From Tetramitus jugosus (lineage: Eukaryota > Protista > Heterolobosea), in assembly GCA_937625935.1 (NCBI GenBank), contig OW569377.1, forward strand, positions 1 to 64,000: 64,000 nucleotides of DNA, in the 5' to 3' direction. This document shows, one piece after another, positions 32,501-42,271 of this stretch; positions within the stretch are counted from its first letter, which is position 1; each line of letters begins with the position of its first letter. The notes under the pieces were generated by a model. The model was given only the letters and a program-made list of their open reading frames with translations, did no database searches and was not told where the DNA came from. The translations under genes were made by a program, and so were the position numbers.

Positions 32501-33996
32501 CCTTGGTGATCTATGATCCTAAACAGCCGAACAAGGCATCAACCGGTCTATACGCTACATGGATCGTTGTACACTCAATTTTCGCTGTTTGTTGTTTGGT
32601 TCTGCTGGTTGCGTCCTTTGTGTGGTACAACAAGCAGCCGATCAAATCTAGATTCTTGACTCCATTCATTGGTCTCTCAGCTATTTTAGCAGAGAGTGTT
32701 CTGAATGGAATCATTCGAAACTCTCTACTGATAGCAGCGAATGATGCCAAGGATTTTAGAGGAGTCAATTCCATTGCATACATCATTATGAGCATCGTCA
32801 ATCCTCTCGTGCTTCTCTCTCTATTCATCTACCTGTGGCAAATGCTGAGATATTTCTTCTTGAAAAACTTGTATGCCATCATGGATTTCAGTGACCCCAA
32901 CCAAACAAAAATGAGGATCCTTAGGATACTATCCTCTAAAATAGTGTACGTTGTACTTGGACTGGTCATTTGGACGTCAAGTACCATATATTTTGTGATA
33001 GTATCGATATTGGAGTCGACAAATGTCATCAAGGCTAATCCCGCATCGGCATTCAATGCACTGTCATATGCTCTCATGTCACTAACATTGGGAGTTCTTA
33101 TCATTGTAACATTTATCTGGGATCTCTCAATAATCTTGAGTCGTAAGTTTTACAAGAGACAAATCAAAGAGAGAAACGAAGAACATGACAATGTGGCTGA
33201 GATTCATGTTGCCAAACGAGCGATTAGTACCGTTGTGAATCACTTTACACAGGACGATCCTCTTTTATTCAGGATTGAGTCAATTTTCATGGTTTCTGCC
33301 ATGTTTCTGATGATAATATCATATATCATTGGAATATCTGATAGATATGACAAACGAGCAAGACCCAACTCTCCTGCAAAGGTATTTGAATTCCTCTTTG
33401 ATTTAGCATATATCATCTGTCGTATCATTGCTTTTGGTGGATTCTCTGTTGTAGTTCGAGTGATTCACCGATTCAAATTCCACAGTAACTATGAAGAGTA
33501 TACCGCATTGAAATCGTCCATCAGTAATCTCAAAACAGGACCAAGTGTTGTCGAGGCTCGTCTTCAAAATATGTTGAGAGATGCCTTGGGATACGAAGCA
33601 TTTTCGACCTACTGTAAGAAGGAGTTTGCTCTCGAAAACTTATTGTTGTGGAAGAGACTGGAGACTCTCAGATCCGATAACATGGTATTTTCAGATGACA
33701 AGAGAAGTGCAGCGATGAAGACATTAGACGAAGATTTTATTGCTCGTGGAAGTCATTATGAATGTAACATACCTAGCAAAGTCAGGAAGCAATTCTATCG
33801 AACCCTTACATCGGGAGTGTTTTCTGCGGCAGAAGTCGAAGAGATTCTACTCGCTCTGTCCAATGAAGTGATGATCAACATCTGTGACACCTTTACGAGA
33901 TTCTCTGTATCAACAGAGTATGCTCAATACATGAAAATGAGTCAAATGGTAACCCAGATGAAGCACGTTGGAAAATTGGAACAAAAAATTGAATAA
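26548..33996 (+). CDS. Giant adhesion-GPCR/polycystin-like receptor: signal peptide, propeller-like and beta-helix regions, fibrinogen-C, EGF repeats, REJ/PKD, GPS, 7TM, C-terminal RGS
   Basis: Fibrinogen motifs (VLQRR..G..NF..NW.DY..GFGD...EF..GL; GWWF..C...NLNG), EGF (CSGHG.C...N.CSC..GY.G.DC), GPS (W..DGC...IVCRCTHTTSFS), seven hydrophobic helices, RGS (F..YCKKEFALENLL.W..FI......ECNI..DTF.RF). Confidence 0.88.
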   Translation: MIANSSLFSSTFILLLLIGLLLLCTLTNGNIPTAEATISEREQTPIPLDWIRHYDTSLVEQTVLVNRDSFQSNELVIVAQKSQENAYFAMKTDRGLGTVWSSDLPLNFVPLSLAVSSASVLVSGYHNTTGGSYHNEIPGLISIGSATGIQAWTYDHASNLPALPNGRISSVTIDQTSGNIYATGSIGLVDALTGNYTSSIWILQVSNAMGTMIANVTSSIGEGFNVGTTIESTNGTIVIASRVSVSVDACSNSFTTGGLLSILESSGTSIDWSLCRHFPNSYEVNVTAGPFARVKGSQIVFVEPTFDVSCHIIGSSSLADIVPPYQIVASRTAGSQMIVNAVSWYSSQELVITGSISGSVTLMTSQLLSSVDQRDGFVLAWDANNYASSGKITTFGRVGDDFGTDLVVDGQGNILVTGYVATSGVSWGHTDLLLEDQSAFVAQLRSGATTPNIIIAQNVTNDLNLTTSSNSYTFSGEIFVVDSEIICLSNTVIFLYRASLKLINSTVSLIGTSSQGITLNQISVSGSQLSTLIDCDQQSLVQLYRVSMQSLTQYIDALVKVDGGSIDLSSVTMGATSTNYVLLTDSISAQIVGSSFLNGPVTSIAVTFTDMAPTSSIHIRDNTFFYMTSLTVTCVADNLDNIPRKIEVIGNTMFSSHIYLTITTSMDILISDNDFQSGGRVWSSVKISASNYFVIRSNKFAGGSEPIYVLSLFKGSYSITNNSITTGGSTTEQGAFNFISSTYCNQRIEISRNVFTFGLAAFYPNLVQLNFDVSCRKAEFTNNNIGGASSTIKLKGRLHFSRNRLTNSVDFHYNNTNSKVLTAQFNYWGVESYSLVKAKVNPLTSISVFFTPFLNSTGGVVYDNPQFSSPTASDCHTIKILYSSAPTGVYTIYPACIPTSVRCNMEEGTGSIVLQRRITGEQNFDMNWNDYRDGFGDLDEEFVTGLSLMNFLTFRNASVTIRLESYNQEISTLFNGSMSVGNSEGGYPLTLNIEGNNLIEGLPFQATGKPNGTLSCVNSKSGWWFSSDCNVMNLNGNYSSGIQFPNFNYPITSTEIMIKLNPKQQIALQCPQALCGGISSSDPTVCSGHGDCVAFNLCSCNDGYRGGDCATKIWSCYGIDRQNITVCSEHGLCESQDVCNCSRNYQGETCNSTIRDPVMVKFDNYLQSVAYCENPRVIARISGENNRTNLTFKWFAETLNPTPASAILLQNLNDELSVMNNYTITIDESLLFGSVILHLEVYEDGLFFIGEGSLVLSKGSVPNFSSSIIVEIDSPWIVPADEPLTVYAYLSSNASCVLNNKLKDWTVNGFNQPSTTTLKNYWSFVIIPSHSLTSQTFSLRVGINGAPSYSSKKLTLQTYNTKPTAIISGGSRVMFQGDSNFLDASESSDEKQRGNRSDTLFVWTCEGCKNTYPGNTSIIIIREDVGSYKFKLAYWPNILFPNRTAVDEVNIDIVESSTFSPTLKFKSILADYTDPHKKLRLEGVFEHRLDRYTVENEWIMEDLHDRSTQSFGITSTLVPLVLEEGFLSMNHTYKFTLRSRYVKAHKDVYGTAYSFTTVVSSPEIRSYSFYPSTGLALSTEFSFSISAIDIIESYPLRYTLAYLHPMEKRYIVLRALASSGSILSPLPGFNGSESISMRYTVTNVYGSSSSIEFQVPLNSDMDELTLSSRLQDIIGVITSPSRSRNPEPYMSVAVSAIDSLATINISVTAMMDEVLDFIIAQSDDEIASSQTVSLGSTLARLEFIHILSRPFNQFSEHTTNASLLAFDRVLDSCVSSKSDILSDAEIQISSTISNLFIATRDINSTFTLSKFIPRLVEVISSQMLVAENQSLLTTESYDLAIRVDDQQSMLNSLIRTGHARIIMPTSMNPLGGGTFIVQALSIDSYDSKPTNYTNDNGTDTYSSPIVEFKVMQNGEKIKLQNLKKPIEIVLRRDLPLDYNLTDHRIHCFYKDEMDEENWRRDGCKLFRYNSTDIVCRCTHTTSFSSLVIYDPKQPNKASTGLYATWIVVHSIFAVCCLVLLVASFVWYNKQPIKSRFLTPFIGLSAILAESVLNGIIRNSLLIAANDAKDFRGVNSIAYIIMSIVNPLVLLSLFIYLWQMLRYFFLKNLYAIMDFSDPNQTKMRILRILSSKIVYVVLGLVIWTSSTIYFVIVSILESTNVIKANPASAFNALSYALMSLTLGVLIIVTFIWDLSIILSRKFYKRQIKERNEEHDNVAEIHVAKRAISTVVNHFTQDDPLLFRIESIFMVSAMFLMIISYIIGISDRYDKRARPNSPAKVFEFLFDLAYIICRIIAFGGFSVVVRVIHRFKFHSNYEEYTALKSSISNLKTGPSVVEARLQNMLRDALGYEAFSTYCKKEFALENLLLWKRLETLRSDNMVFSDDKRSAAMKTLDEDFIARGSHYECNIPSKVRKQFYRTLTSGVFSAAEVEEILLALSNEVMINICDTFTRFSVSTEYAQYMKMSQMVTQMKHVGKLEQKIE

Positions 33997-34049
33997 AACT
34001 TTTCACTTTTAACATTTTCTCCGCTTTGGGTTCAAAAAACAAACATTTC

Positions 34050-35849
34050 ATGGGTCTATCCAAATCCTTTCGCAATTTCATTCACCCACACCTTGGGACC
34101 ACATATGAAGAAAGCAAAGGGGATAATAATCCATCCAGAGAATATGAAGTAAACCACTTGCTCTTTGACTTTAATTCCATGATCTATGCTGCTGTTCACA
34201 GTGTAAACTACAACCATTTAGCTTCCGCGGCTGAGCTATCCACACAAACAAGATCCCAATACCATTCATCCATGTCAGGAAGAGCAAGAACAAGAGAAAT
34301 GAACTTAATGAGTTTGAGTCACTTTGTTTTGAAGCGCAATAAGAAGACAACTTGTGGCCGTTCATCGATAAAGAGCCATGAAGAGTGTAGCATAGTAGCT
34401 TCTCCTGCTTACAAGTATAATCAAGAGCATGTCGATCTGGTGTGGCAACAATTAGAACGTTTATTGTCTGAATGGCTACAATCCATTCATGTGAAGGACT
34501 CTATTGGAGTCTTTTTGGATGGAGTGGCACCTGTTGCTAAAATGAAGGTGCAACAAACGAGAAGGAAGAGAGATAGTATCACAAAAAAGAGCAGGGATAG
34601 TCAATCGATGAAAGTTCATAGCTTGATGATCAGTCCTGGTACATATCTCATGTATCACCTGGTTCAAAAATTGAAATTGTACGTTCATAGCCGATTGAAA
34701 CATCTGAGAGTTTACTTGTCTGATTGCTCAGTACCTGGAGAGGGTGAACAGAAGTTGATTCGACACTTGTTATCCTATTCTAGCACCTCAAAAAGCAGTA
34801 ATGGAGAATTGAAAGACGTGTTTGGTATTGTCTCTCCAGATAGCGATGTGTTATTGATGGCCATGTGTACTAAGATGCCCAATGTTCTTCTATTTGCCAA
34901 TCAGGAAAAAGTTGTGAATGTGCAGCAAGTTTCAAGAAACATCTATCAGTTTTTGATTCATAGCGATGATAATGGTCAAATACCGAAAAATGGTGATTAC
35001 GAGAGGGTACTGAATGATTTTACATTTCTGTCCTTGTTGAATGGTAACGATTATCAAATGGAGCAAGAAAACATTAATTCGATTTATCGGTACATGAAGA
35101 AAACTAACCATGATGAGTTTAAGGATACTTATTTGGTTCATATCACACAATATGATCGGAAAACTAATATTGTCTTGAATATGAACATGTTTGCATGGTT
35201 GTTTGCAACTGATCGATTTTCTAGCGAAACAGATCGTGAAACAATTGAAAGAATTGGTAAGATGAACCTTGATTATGTCCATACAACTCTCTGGGTATTG
35301 GGGGGATTTCTCACTGGGAATTGTCCCAATTGGACTCATGAGTGCACTGGATCATTGTATCGTCCCCATTTACTTTTAACTTATCTGGAGATGAATGAGG
35401 GCAACTTAATTTCTTTAGAGAGTGGAGACCTAGCATACAGTCGAACATCACGTGAGATCACATATGTTGTTCATCCAGAATCAGACCATCCTTGTCGACC
35501 CGCTGCCTCACTATTGGCCATTTGTCCACCTCAATCATTTTCAGCTTTACCCTCTCCGTTGATTGAGTATGCACTCTCTCATCAAGACACGATTCTAAAA
35601 GTACATTCTGATCTAGAATTGTCCATTCATCAAGCATTAAGTATTATTCAGAGTCCTCAGTTAGAGCAATCTATTCAAAGATATAGACAAAATAATTTAT
35701 TAGAACAATGGGAAGTTGATTGCTTGAACAATAGGAATGACAATGTAATCCTTTATCAAGGGAGAGAACTTCCCAAGTCTACCCACCGTTACTTTCAACC
35801 TCGAAAAGTCTTGGATCAGACGATAAGCCAAACGACGAAAGAAAGCTAG
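34050..35849 (+). CDS. XRN-family 5'-3' exonuclease, compact catalytic-domain form
   Basis: LLFDFNS.I, FLDGVAP.AK..QQ.RR, ISPGT, S..SVPGEGEQK, SPDSDVLL, DF.FLSLL.GNDY. Confidence 0.88.
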   Translation: MGLSKSFRNFIHPHLGTTYEESKGDNNPSREYEVNHLLFDFNSMIYAAVHSVNYNHLASAAELSTQTRSQYHSSMSGRARTREMNLMSLSHFVLKRNKKTTCGRSSIKSHEECSIVASPAYKYNQEHVDLVWQQLERLLSEWLQSIHVKDSIGVFLDGVAPVAKMKVQQTRRKRDSITKKSRDSQSMKVHSLMISPGTYLMYHLVQKLKLYVHSRLKHLRVYLSDCSVPGEGEQKLIRHLLSYSSTSKSSNGELKDVFGIVSPDSDVLLMAMCTKMPNVLLFANQEKVVNVQQVSRNIYQFLIHSDDNGQIPKNGDYERVLNDFTFLSLLNGNDYQMEQENINSIYRYMKKTNHDEFKDTYLVHITQYDRKTNIVLNMNMFAWLFATDRFSSETDRETIERIGKMNLDYVHTTLWVLGGFLTGNCPNWTHECTGSLYRPHLLLTYLEMNEGNLISLESGDLAYSRTSREITYVVHPESDHPCRPAASLLAICPPQSFSALPSPLIEYALSHQDTILKVHSDLELSIHQALSIIQSPQLEQSIQRYRQNNLLEQWEVDCLNNRNDNVILYQGRELPKSTHRYFQPRKVLDQTISQTTKES

Positions 35850-36179
35850 GCAACAGACATATGTTTGTTCCTATTAAGACTAAAGAAGAACATGTCTTTG
35901 AACTCGTGAACAAAGAAATAGAATATAACAGCTGACTTATGAGAAATTCTCCCATTCACTATCTGATGGCGAAGGCCAACCTCATTGTGCCCGCCAAATG
36001 CGGAAATAGGGCAATGTTGGAAAGAGAGTGTCTACGTTCATACAATGGTGGAACCACCTCTTCCCATTTCGAATAGAGAAGTTAAGCACCATCTGGCTGA
36101 GTTAGTATTGAGATAGGAGACTACTCGAGAACCCTCAGTAATGTAGGCTTTTGCTACTCGCAACAAAAACAATTTCATC

Positions 36180-38096
36180 ATGGCCGTGTGTCTTGTTGGT
36201 TGGGCTATTCTTCCCCAAGAGATCCAATATCTCATCTTTACTTTCTTGCCGACATTACCCTAGTATGTTCAATACAGTTTTCTAACTGCAAGCTTCAAAA
36301 TTCTCTGACAAGTGATGATAGCTACTTTTCTCTGAGGTCATTAAACAGGTACTTTGCTGATCGGCTCTCTAATACCTTGTCCTCCGATATCAATTGCCTA
36401 AACATATCTCCCTTCCAGCCACAAACAGAGGGAGAAAGAATGAGTGATGACTCTCGATCCAAAGCCATAAGCTTGCTCAATGAAAGAATCTTTAACGTGT
36501 GCAACAAGGGAAGGATTCAAACTCTTATCATGTCCAGTTGTATCAGAATACCAATGGAGCGCATTATTGGCCTATTTCCAAACTTGAAGGAATGGACTTG
36601 TACGGGAGATTTCTCTCATCTCTATCAGCCACCATGGTGCAATCGGATTCCTGTTCTAGATGAGTCGTTCACTAAACATACATGGCTCGAAGGCCACGAT
36701 GATCAACAACTGGAGGTTATTAATGTGTTCGAGCTCGTTCACTATGACAAGGATACCACCCAAGAACGACAACCGACTGGTAATAAGAGTAACAGTGCCA
36801 GTCTTCGCAGGAAGGTTACTCTCGAGAAGGAGAAGATCAAGATCATCTTTTTTGGAGTCCTTAACTGTTTTCCAAAGTTGAGACAATTAAATCTGTACAA
36901 TACGACTGTGAGTAAACGATTAGTAGAGCAATGTTGGAACGATATTCGAGAGTTAGTGAGAAGAAAGAATGATGTAGTAACCAAAATGAGATCAGGAAAT
37001 GTTCAGGATGCACAAAACATGATACAGAGTGTGGAAGACTACAATTGGCTAGCCATGTCCCCATTAGTGATGAATGATAATCTAAAGTTTAAACTGTTCC
37101 CATGTATCCTTCAATCAAACATGTCGCTAGTATTTGAGAGTTTGATGCCCAAGAACCTTTGTAGAAGATAATCGAACAAATAGTCGAAGTTACTTGTATA
37201 TCGTTTTACACCATGGTGTTTGGGACACAAGAAAGGGATATCTGGAGGAACTGTACAACAAGTATCCAAACGAATTCTTCTCGTGGTTCCAAGAAAAAGA
37301 TTGGCATCTCTTGTTGCTGGAAACAACTTGTACGCATGGTGAGTTCATCAACTTTTTCCTTCCTAAGTTTACAAAGTATGAGTTTATGCGGATTATGTCA
37401 CCGAGCATTTTGACCGTTGTTGGAGACAAAGCCTATCCTGTGATTCACCAGATGCCAAATTTTGGATTTGATTTCAAATGGATCCCAAGGTTGCTTGACT
37501 CTGCGGAAAACATGCCTCTATTATACAAACTCTTCTGCGATCACGGTTGCTCATTGAAGGGACAGAAAGTGACCCCACATCATTATCTCAAGAGTTCGAC
37601 TAGAGTCTATGTTCTTCACAAGGTGTTAGAGGAGTTCAGTGATCTTTCAAGTACCTCAGAATTCAAGGATCAAATATTTACCATCCTTGGTGCGAAAGAT
37701 GAACATCTCGCACTACTGGCTCTAAACAAAATTGGACATATGAATGTACGATCTCACCTAGACAAAGATGGCAACACCTATCTACATGTTGCGTTGAAAG
37801 AGGAGAGTTTAGAACTAGCAAGAACTATAATTCGTCGTTACGGAGTGGATGATGTCAATCAGATGAATCATAACAAAGAGTCGATTCTACATATTGCTTG
37901 TCGATCACTTCGATGTCTTCCCAATCTCATCGAATTGTTGCTCGACATGCCCGGGATTGAGACCAATATCAAAAATGAGGCTGGTGAAACTGCCTATGAC
38001 ATTGTACTCAAAACATTGAGCTCTACTGGGTACCCACGCTCCATGTGTACTGAAATTTTGTTGAAGTTGCTCCCAGAAACTCAATTGTCTGAATGA
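36180..38096 (+). CDS. F-box + LRR-like + ankyrin-repeat protein (probably one spliced gene)
   Basis: ATG 36180 gives the F-box ILPQEIQYLIFTFLP. Intron 36263-36321 (GTATGT..TAG) joins ORF 36188-37171 (FPNLKE, FPKLRQLNL). ORF 37194-38096 has ankyrin repeats (DKDGNTYLHVA, ESILHIAC, NEAGETAYD), starts at TTG only 22 bp later, so a second intron near 37100-37190 is inferred with uncertain boundaries. Confidence 0.65.
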
Positions 38097-38211
38097 AGGT
38101 TATGAGGACGACGTTGTTCTCATAACAACATGTATTCCTATTACAATGATCGGGTGGAACAATAAGCACGACAGGGAAACTTAACAGAGCTTCAAATGAG
38201 GTCGCATTTAT

Positions 38212-41169
38212 TTAGGGCCTGATCTGCAGCGCTTCCTTGAGTGTCACCTTGTTGGCCTTCAAATTTTCGAAACCACGTCTAAAGAAGGATGATGCCTTCG
38301 TTGATGCATAAATAGATGGTGTAAGATACACTGCCTCTGGAATCTTTTGCTTCAACTTATTGGTGACCTTGTCAGAGTTCAACCGTGCCTGCAACTTTTC
38401 GAATCTCCTCTCAATCAATGGGACTTCTGGAGCTCTGACCGGTGGCGCAAATCGAATACCACTGTTTCTGCCGCCATCCATGGTATATGGATTATACTTG
38501 TCTAGCAACTCTTGATAGTCGTTGCTCTTAAACTCTTTCTCAACGTACTTTTGGCCCAGTCTCAAAAAGTCGTTCACTTGAGTTCTAATCTGTGGATGAT
38601 AATGATAATGAAGTCCAATATTGTAAATATCCCATAGAACAGATCCGTTTGCGTTTGCACTATCTGGATCATCACTGTTTGCGTTAAATACACCTCCGAG
38701 ACCACCAATTGATCCTTCTTCATCTCCAGGTGTCTCCATTAACTGAATCATTTGTGGATACTTTCTCATCAACTCTGTGCATAGCTTTATGCATGCAACA
38801 GTCATTTGAATGTATTGTGGCGATATGAATGTGGCACAGTATCCACAAACTCGCTTAACAAAGGCACAAACTCTTCCCATTGGTAATCTACCAGAGTGTG
38901 TCAAATTTGGAACAATGAGAAGTTTGTGGAAAGCATCGACGAACAAGCGCAACACTCTATCATGGTACTCATCCTCTTCTTGATGATCAACATCAGGTGT
39001 GTCCATCAATGAATGGAACACTCTTGGAATCACAGCGTATAATTGACTGTAAAAATCGCGAGGATCAATATCAATAGCAGCACCTAATCCCTCCATAAGC
39101 TTCGATGCAGTAATCAACGACTGCAACACGATATCAACTCTTAACTCTAACACCTTATCATTAACAGTATTTCCGTCAATATCATCATCTGTAGCGTTCA
39201 AAATTGTTCGTATGTAATCCAACAAGTCATACAGGAGATCAATATTCATCAAATGAGCAAATTTGGCCAGACCAGCAAGTGAACAGAACACGACATTAGG
39301 TTCATTCAATCTCTTACTGGAATCGTCACCTTCTGCCATTTGGAACGTAGCATTCTTCAATGCTCTGACATAAATCACAATAATGTTTCTCAGAATATCG
39401 GATTGAACGTGCTTGATGTGACTTTGGGACACTTTGGCATTCGATTCAGCAAATTCTCTTGAAATTGCTTCATCAGAGTTCATATCCTTTGCCTTCTTAC
39501 CCTTCTTCTTGCTCTTAATCTTACTCTTGCTTTGGATCGATGTAGGAAGTGTCTTATCAGTCAACATTGTCTTCAATGGAAGGTACAAGAAGCAGTCGAT
39601 CAATCTTGTAGACACCTTGTATTGTCTCTTCATGATAAAGTTGGCAATCACTTCAACAACATCAAGTGAAACTTCACCTTGAGTAGAGTCGTTTGCAAAC
39701 AATTTACAAACATGCTCGAAAACGAGGATGGAAACCTTTTCCTTTCGCCTGTGAATCTTTGATTCATTTCTTCGAGAGTAGTTGGAGTTCATGAGCGGCA
39801 CAAGCGAATCAATAATCAATTGTGTGTAGTTAAAGTGAGGATGTGCAACCAACAGCTCGCACAATGACTTGACACATGCAATCTGCAATTGACTCGCATA
39901 CTTCTTGACATGCTTTGTTGCAAGCATCAAAAACTGTTGATATGCTTTCACAATACCTACTTCGAAATGATGAAGCTCTCTCACTTCTTTTGAGAGTCTA
40001 GTTCCCTGTGCATCGTTCAACAGATCCATATTGATTCGATACGCAGGTATCAGATCCTTGAACAGAGCAGCCTCAGACAACAATGCAATTTGCTTGACAT
40101 TGTCATCAATATCAGAGCACAAATGATGCAAATCAGTCATTCTCTTAATATTGAGCACTGGATTGGCCAAAACTTCAGTTGCCAAAATGGCAACAATCTC
40201 TTGCTTTTCCCTGAATCGTTGCATCTTGAGCATTGGATCCTTCATGATCAACTGCTCCAATGCAGTCAATTTTCGTTTTCTCGTTTCATCATCAACATCA
40301 TCGTCCGCTTCTTGTTGTTCTTCTTCTTCCTGTTGCTTCTTCTTTAGCAGTTTCTTGTTCATTCTCTTTTCGAGCGCAGCCTCTGCTTTTCTTTGCTTTT
40401 TCGATTTTGGTTCTTCTTCAGCTGCTTCTTTGGCTACTGCTGACTCTGACTCTGATTCATCATCATCATCACTACCATCTTCTCCTCGCAGCTGTCTCTC
40501 AATTTCCTTTTGTTTTTTCTTGTTTGCCTCTTCTTCTTCAGTGGAAGCTCTCTTTCTCTTGAATTTTGACACTGTTGAATTGTCTTTTGCCTTGTTTGCC
40601 AATAGCTCTTGTTTTTTTTCACTCTCTTCTCTCTCCTTTTCTTCAAAGTAGTGTCTCTCGTAGGAACCTTCAATGGTTGATGCATCTTCTTCGTCTAGCT
40701 CTCTCTCTCGTTCCAAAGCTTTCTCTGATTCCTCCTTTTTTCTCTTTTCGTCTTGTTCTTGCTTTCGTTTTTCAGCATTAATCTTTTTTCTTGTGGGAAC
40801 GTGCTCTAATCGATCAGATTCCATGGATAAGAGAAACTTTGGGTCCATGTCCATATCAGCCTCACCATCAAACACCTCGTCTTCATCGTCTACAGGTCGG
40901 ACATATTGCGGAGCGGGTATTTTCGGAGTTTTAACTGGAAGTTTTGGTTTTTGAACGCGAGTAGGGAAAGCACGCTTGGGTTTTTCGGTCGGCAAGCGAT
41001 CTTCTTTCGATGATGATGATGATGATGACGATGACGATGATGCATGGTTGCTCTTGTGTTGTTGACTGTGAGGTTTATGAACACCTTTGCTGCTCCTTTT
41101 TTGATTCTGTTGCTTCACAGATAGCTTTTTGCTGTTTTTAGCAGTAATGACACGAGATACTTTTCCCAT
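38212..41169 (-). CDS. NOC3: Nucleolar complex protein 3 (NOC3, CBF/Mak21 family)
   Basis: Charged N-terminus, ALLS...LFKDLIP.YRI, CELL.AHPHFNY, L.GLAKFAHL.NID, IDPRDFY.QLY, RV.AFVKR, HYHP. Confidence 0.9.
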   Translation of the reverse strand: MGKVSRVITAKNSKKLSVKQQNQKRSSKGVHKPHSQQHKSNHASSSSSSSSSSSKEDRLPTEKPKRAFPTRVQKPKLPVKTPKIPAPQYVRPVDDEDEVFDGEADMDMDPKFLLSMESDRLEHVPTRKKINAEKRKQEQDEKRKKEESEKALERERELDEEDASTIEGSYERHYFEEKEREESEKKQELLANKAKDNSTVSKFKRKRASTEEEEANKKKQKEIERQLRGEDGSDDDDESESESAVAKEAAEEEPKSKKQRKAEAALEKRMNKKLLKKKQQEEEEQQEADDDVDDETRKRKLTALEQLIMKDPMLKMQRFREKQEIVAILATEVLANPVLNIKRMTDLHHLCSDIDDNVKQIALLSEAALFKDLIPAYRINMDLLNDAQGTRLSKEVRELHHFEVGIVKAYQQFLMLATKHVKKYASQLQIACVKSLCELLVAHPHFNYTQLIIDSLVPLMNSNYSRRNESKIHRRKEKVSILVFEHVCKLFANDSTQGEVSLDVVEVIANFIMKRQYKVSTRLIDCFLYLPLKTMLTDKTLPTSIQSKSKIKSKKKGKKAKDMNSDEAISREFAESNAKVSQSHIKHVQSDILRNIIVIYVRALKNATFQMAEGDDSSKRLNEPNVVFCSLAGLAKFAHLMNIDLLYDLLDYIRTILNATDDDIDGNTVNDKVLELRVDIVLQSLITASKLMEGLGAAIDIDPRDFYSQLYAVIPRVFHSLMDTPDVDHQEEDEYHDRVLRLFVDAFHKLLIVPNLTHSGRLPMGRVCAFVKRVCGYCATFISPQYIQMTVACIKLCTELMRKYPQMIQLMETPGDEEGSIGGLGGVFNANSDDPDSANANGSVLWDIYNIGLHYHYHPQIRTQVNDFLRLGQKYVEKEFKSNDYQELLDKYNPYTMDGGRNSGIRFAPPVRAPEVPLIERRFEKLQARLNSDKVTNKLKQKIPEAVYLTPSIYASTKASSFFRRGFENLKANKVTLKEALQIRP

Positions 41170-41388
41170 CTTTTACACTACTGTTGTTTGTTGTGATTCT
41201 GTTGTTTGTTGCCGCTTGGGGATTGCAATTTTTTGTTGTGGTGAAAGCGAGTGAACGTTCAACAAAATTATTGAATTTACACACACCGACAACAACAGAG
41301 CACACAAAGCAAAAGCAATTTTCTCTTGAACCCCGAAAAAACAAAAAACACCAATTTATCTCTCTCCACAACCACACTCTGAAAAAAA

Positions 41389-41577
41389 ATGTTGATGAAA
41401 TACTGCGAAAGCTGCAAAATTTACACATTGAAGGACATTTGCCCAACATGCAACACTGTCTCTCGCTCTGCTCACCCTGCAAGATTTACGCCACAAGACA
41501 ACTTTAGCAAGTATAGAGTCGCTCTGAAGAGAAAGTATAACTTGTTGCCTTCTCAATTGCCTCAAGAAGAACTATAA
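41389..41577 (+). CDS. NOP10: H/ACA RNP subunit Nop10
   Basis: YTLK...SAHPARF.P.D.FSKYRVALK.KYNLLPSQ. Confidence 0.93.
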   Translation: MLMKYCESCKIYTLKDICPTCNTVSRSAHPARFTPQDNFSKYRVALKRKYNLLPSQLPQEEL

Positions 41578-41814
41578 ACTACTCAAATCATTTTCGTTGA
41601 ATGAACAATTGTCTACATGTTATTTTGGCGCGCATCTTTCTTTTTCGCACATTCGCTGTTTTTTTGAAAGCTTTCATGTCTGTGAACGGTTATTAGATTC
41701 AGACTTGTCCAATAACCAGGATTACAGTCACGTTCTTGTGATTGTTATTGTGCAGCTATGACCAAAAAACAAACCTGACTCGTTCATATGTTGGTTGTTG
41801 TTGTTCGAATTGTT

Positions 41815-42271
41815 TTATTGGAAAATGTACACGGAATCATAGGCCAATGTCCAACACAGAATAAATGTCAGAGCACCTTGCATGAATCCACCTAACCACA
41901 CACTGCTCCAGCTCTGGAACACGCCTTGAATCGAAAACTGTGGCATCAATAGCACACCAATCCAAATAACACATGAATAAAAATCAAGTTAGCTCTGACA
42001 CATAAAGATCATGATAAAATGAAAATATGGTGAATTCACAATGTTTACTTACCCTTGGTAGACTCAAAATAATTAAAAAGCTTGCAAACAGTGACGATAG
42101 TGCAAAGATCAAAAATCCAGAGAGACCTGTGAATCCAAACACACCAGTCATCACACCAAACATGATGCTCACAAAAATTCTGCACAGGTAAATGTTGTTT
42201 TCGTTGTGAGCAACTTTGTCATGTGCAATTTTTTGGGTGTCCTTGTTGATCAGTGTTGTTGGTGATGACAT
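41815..42271 (-). CDS. EMC6: ER membrane complex subunit 6, 2 exons (42271-42053, 41937-41815)
   Basis: HNENNIYLCRIFVSIMFGVMTGVFGFTGLSGF. Intron GTAAGT..GCTAAC..CAG. Exon 2 ends LTFILCWTLAYDSVYIFQ*. Confidence 0.88.

Noticed and set aside
39434-41084. Numerous antisense and alternative-frame ORFs over NOC3 and other long genes
   Set aside because: Shadow ORFs caused by codon bias and low-complexity sequence.
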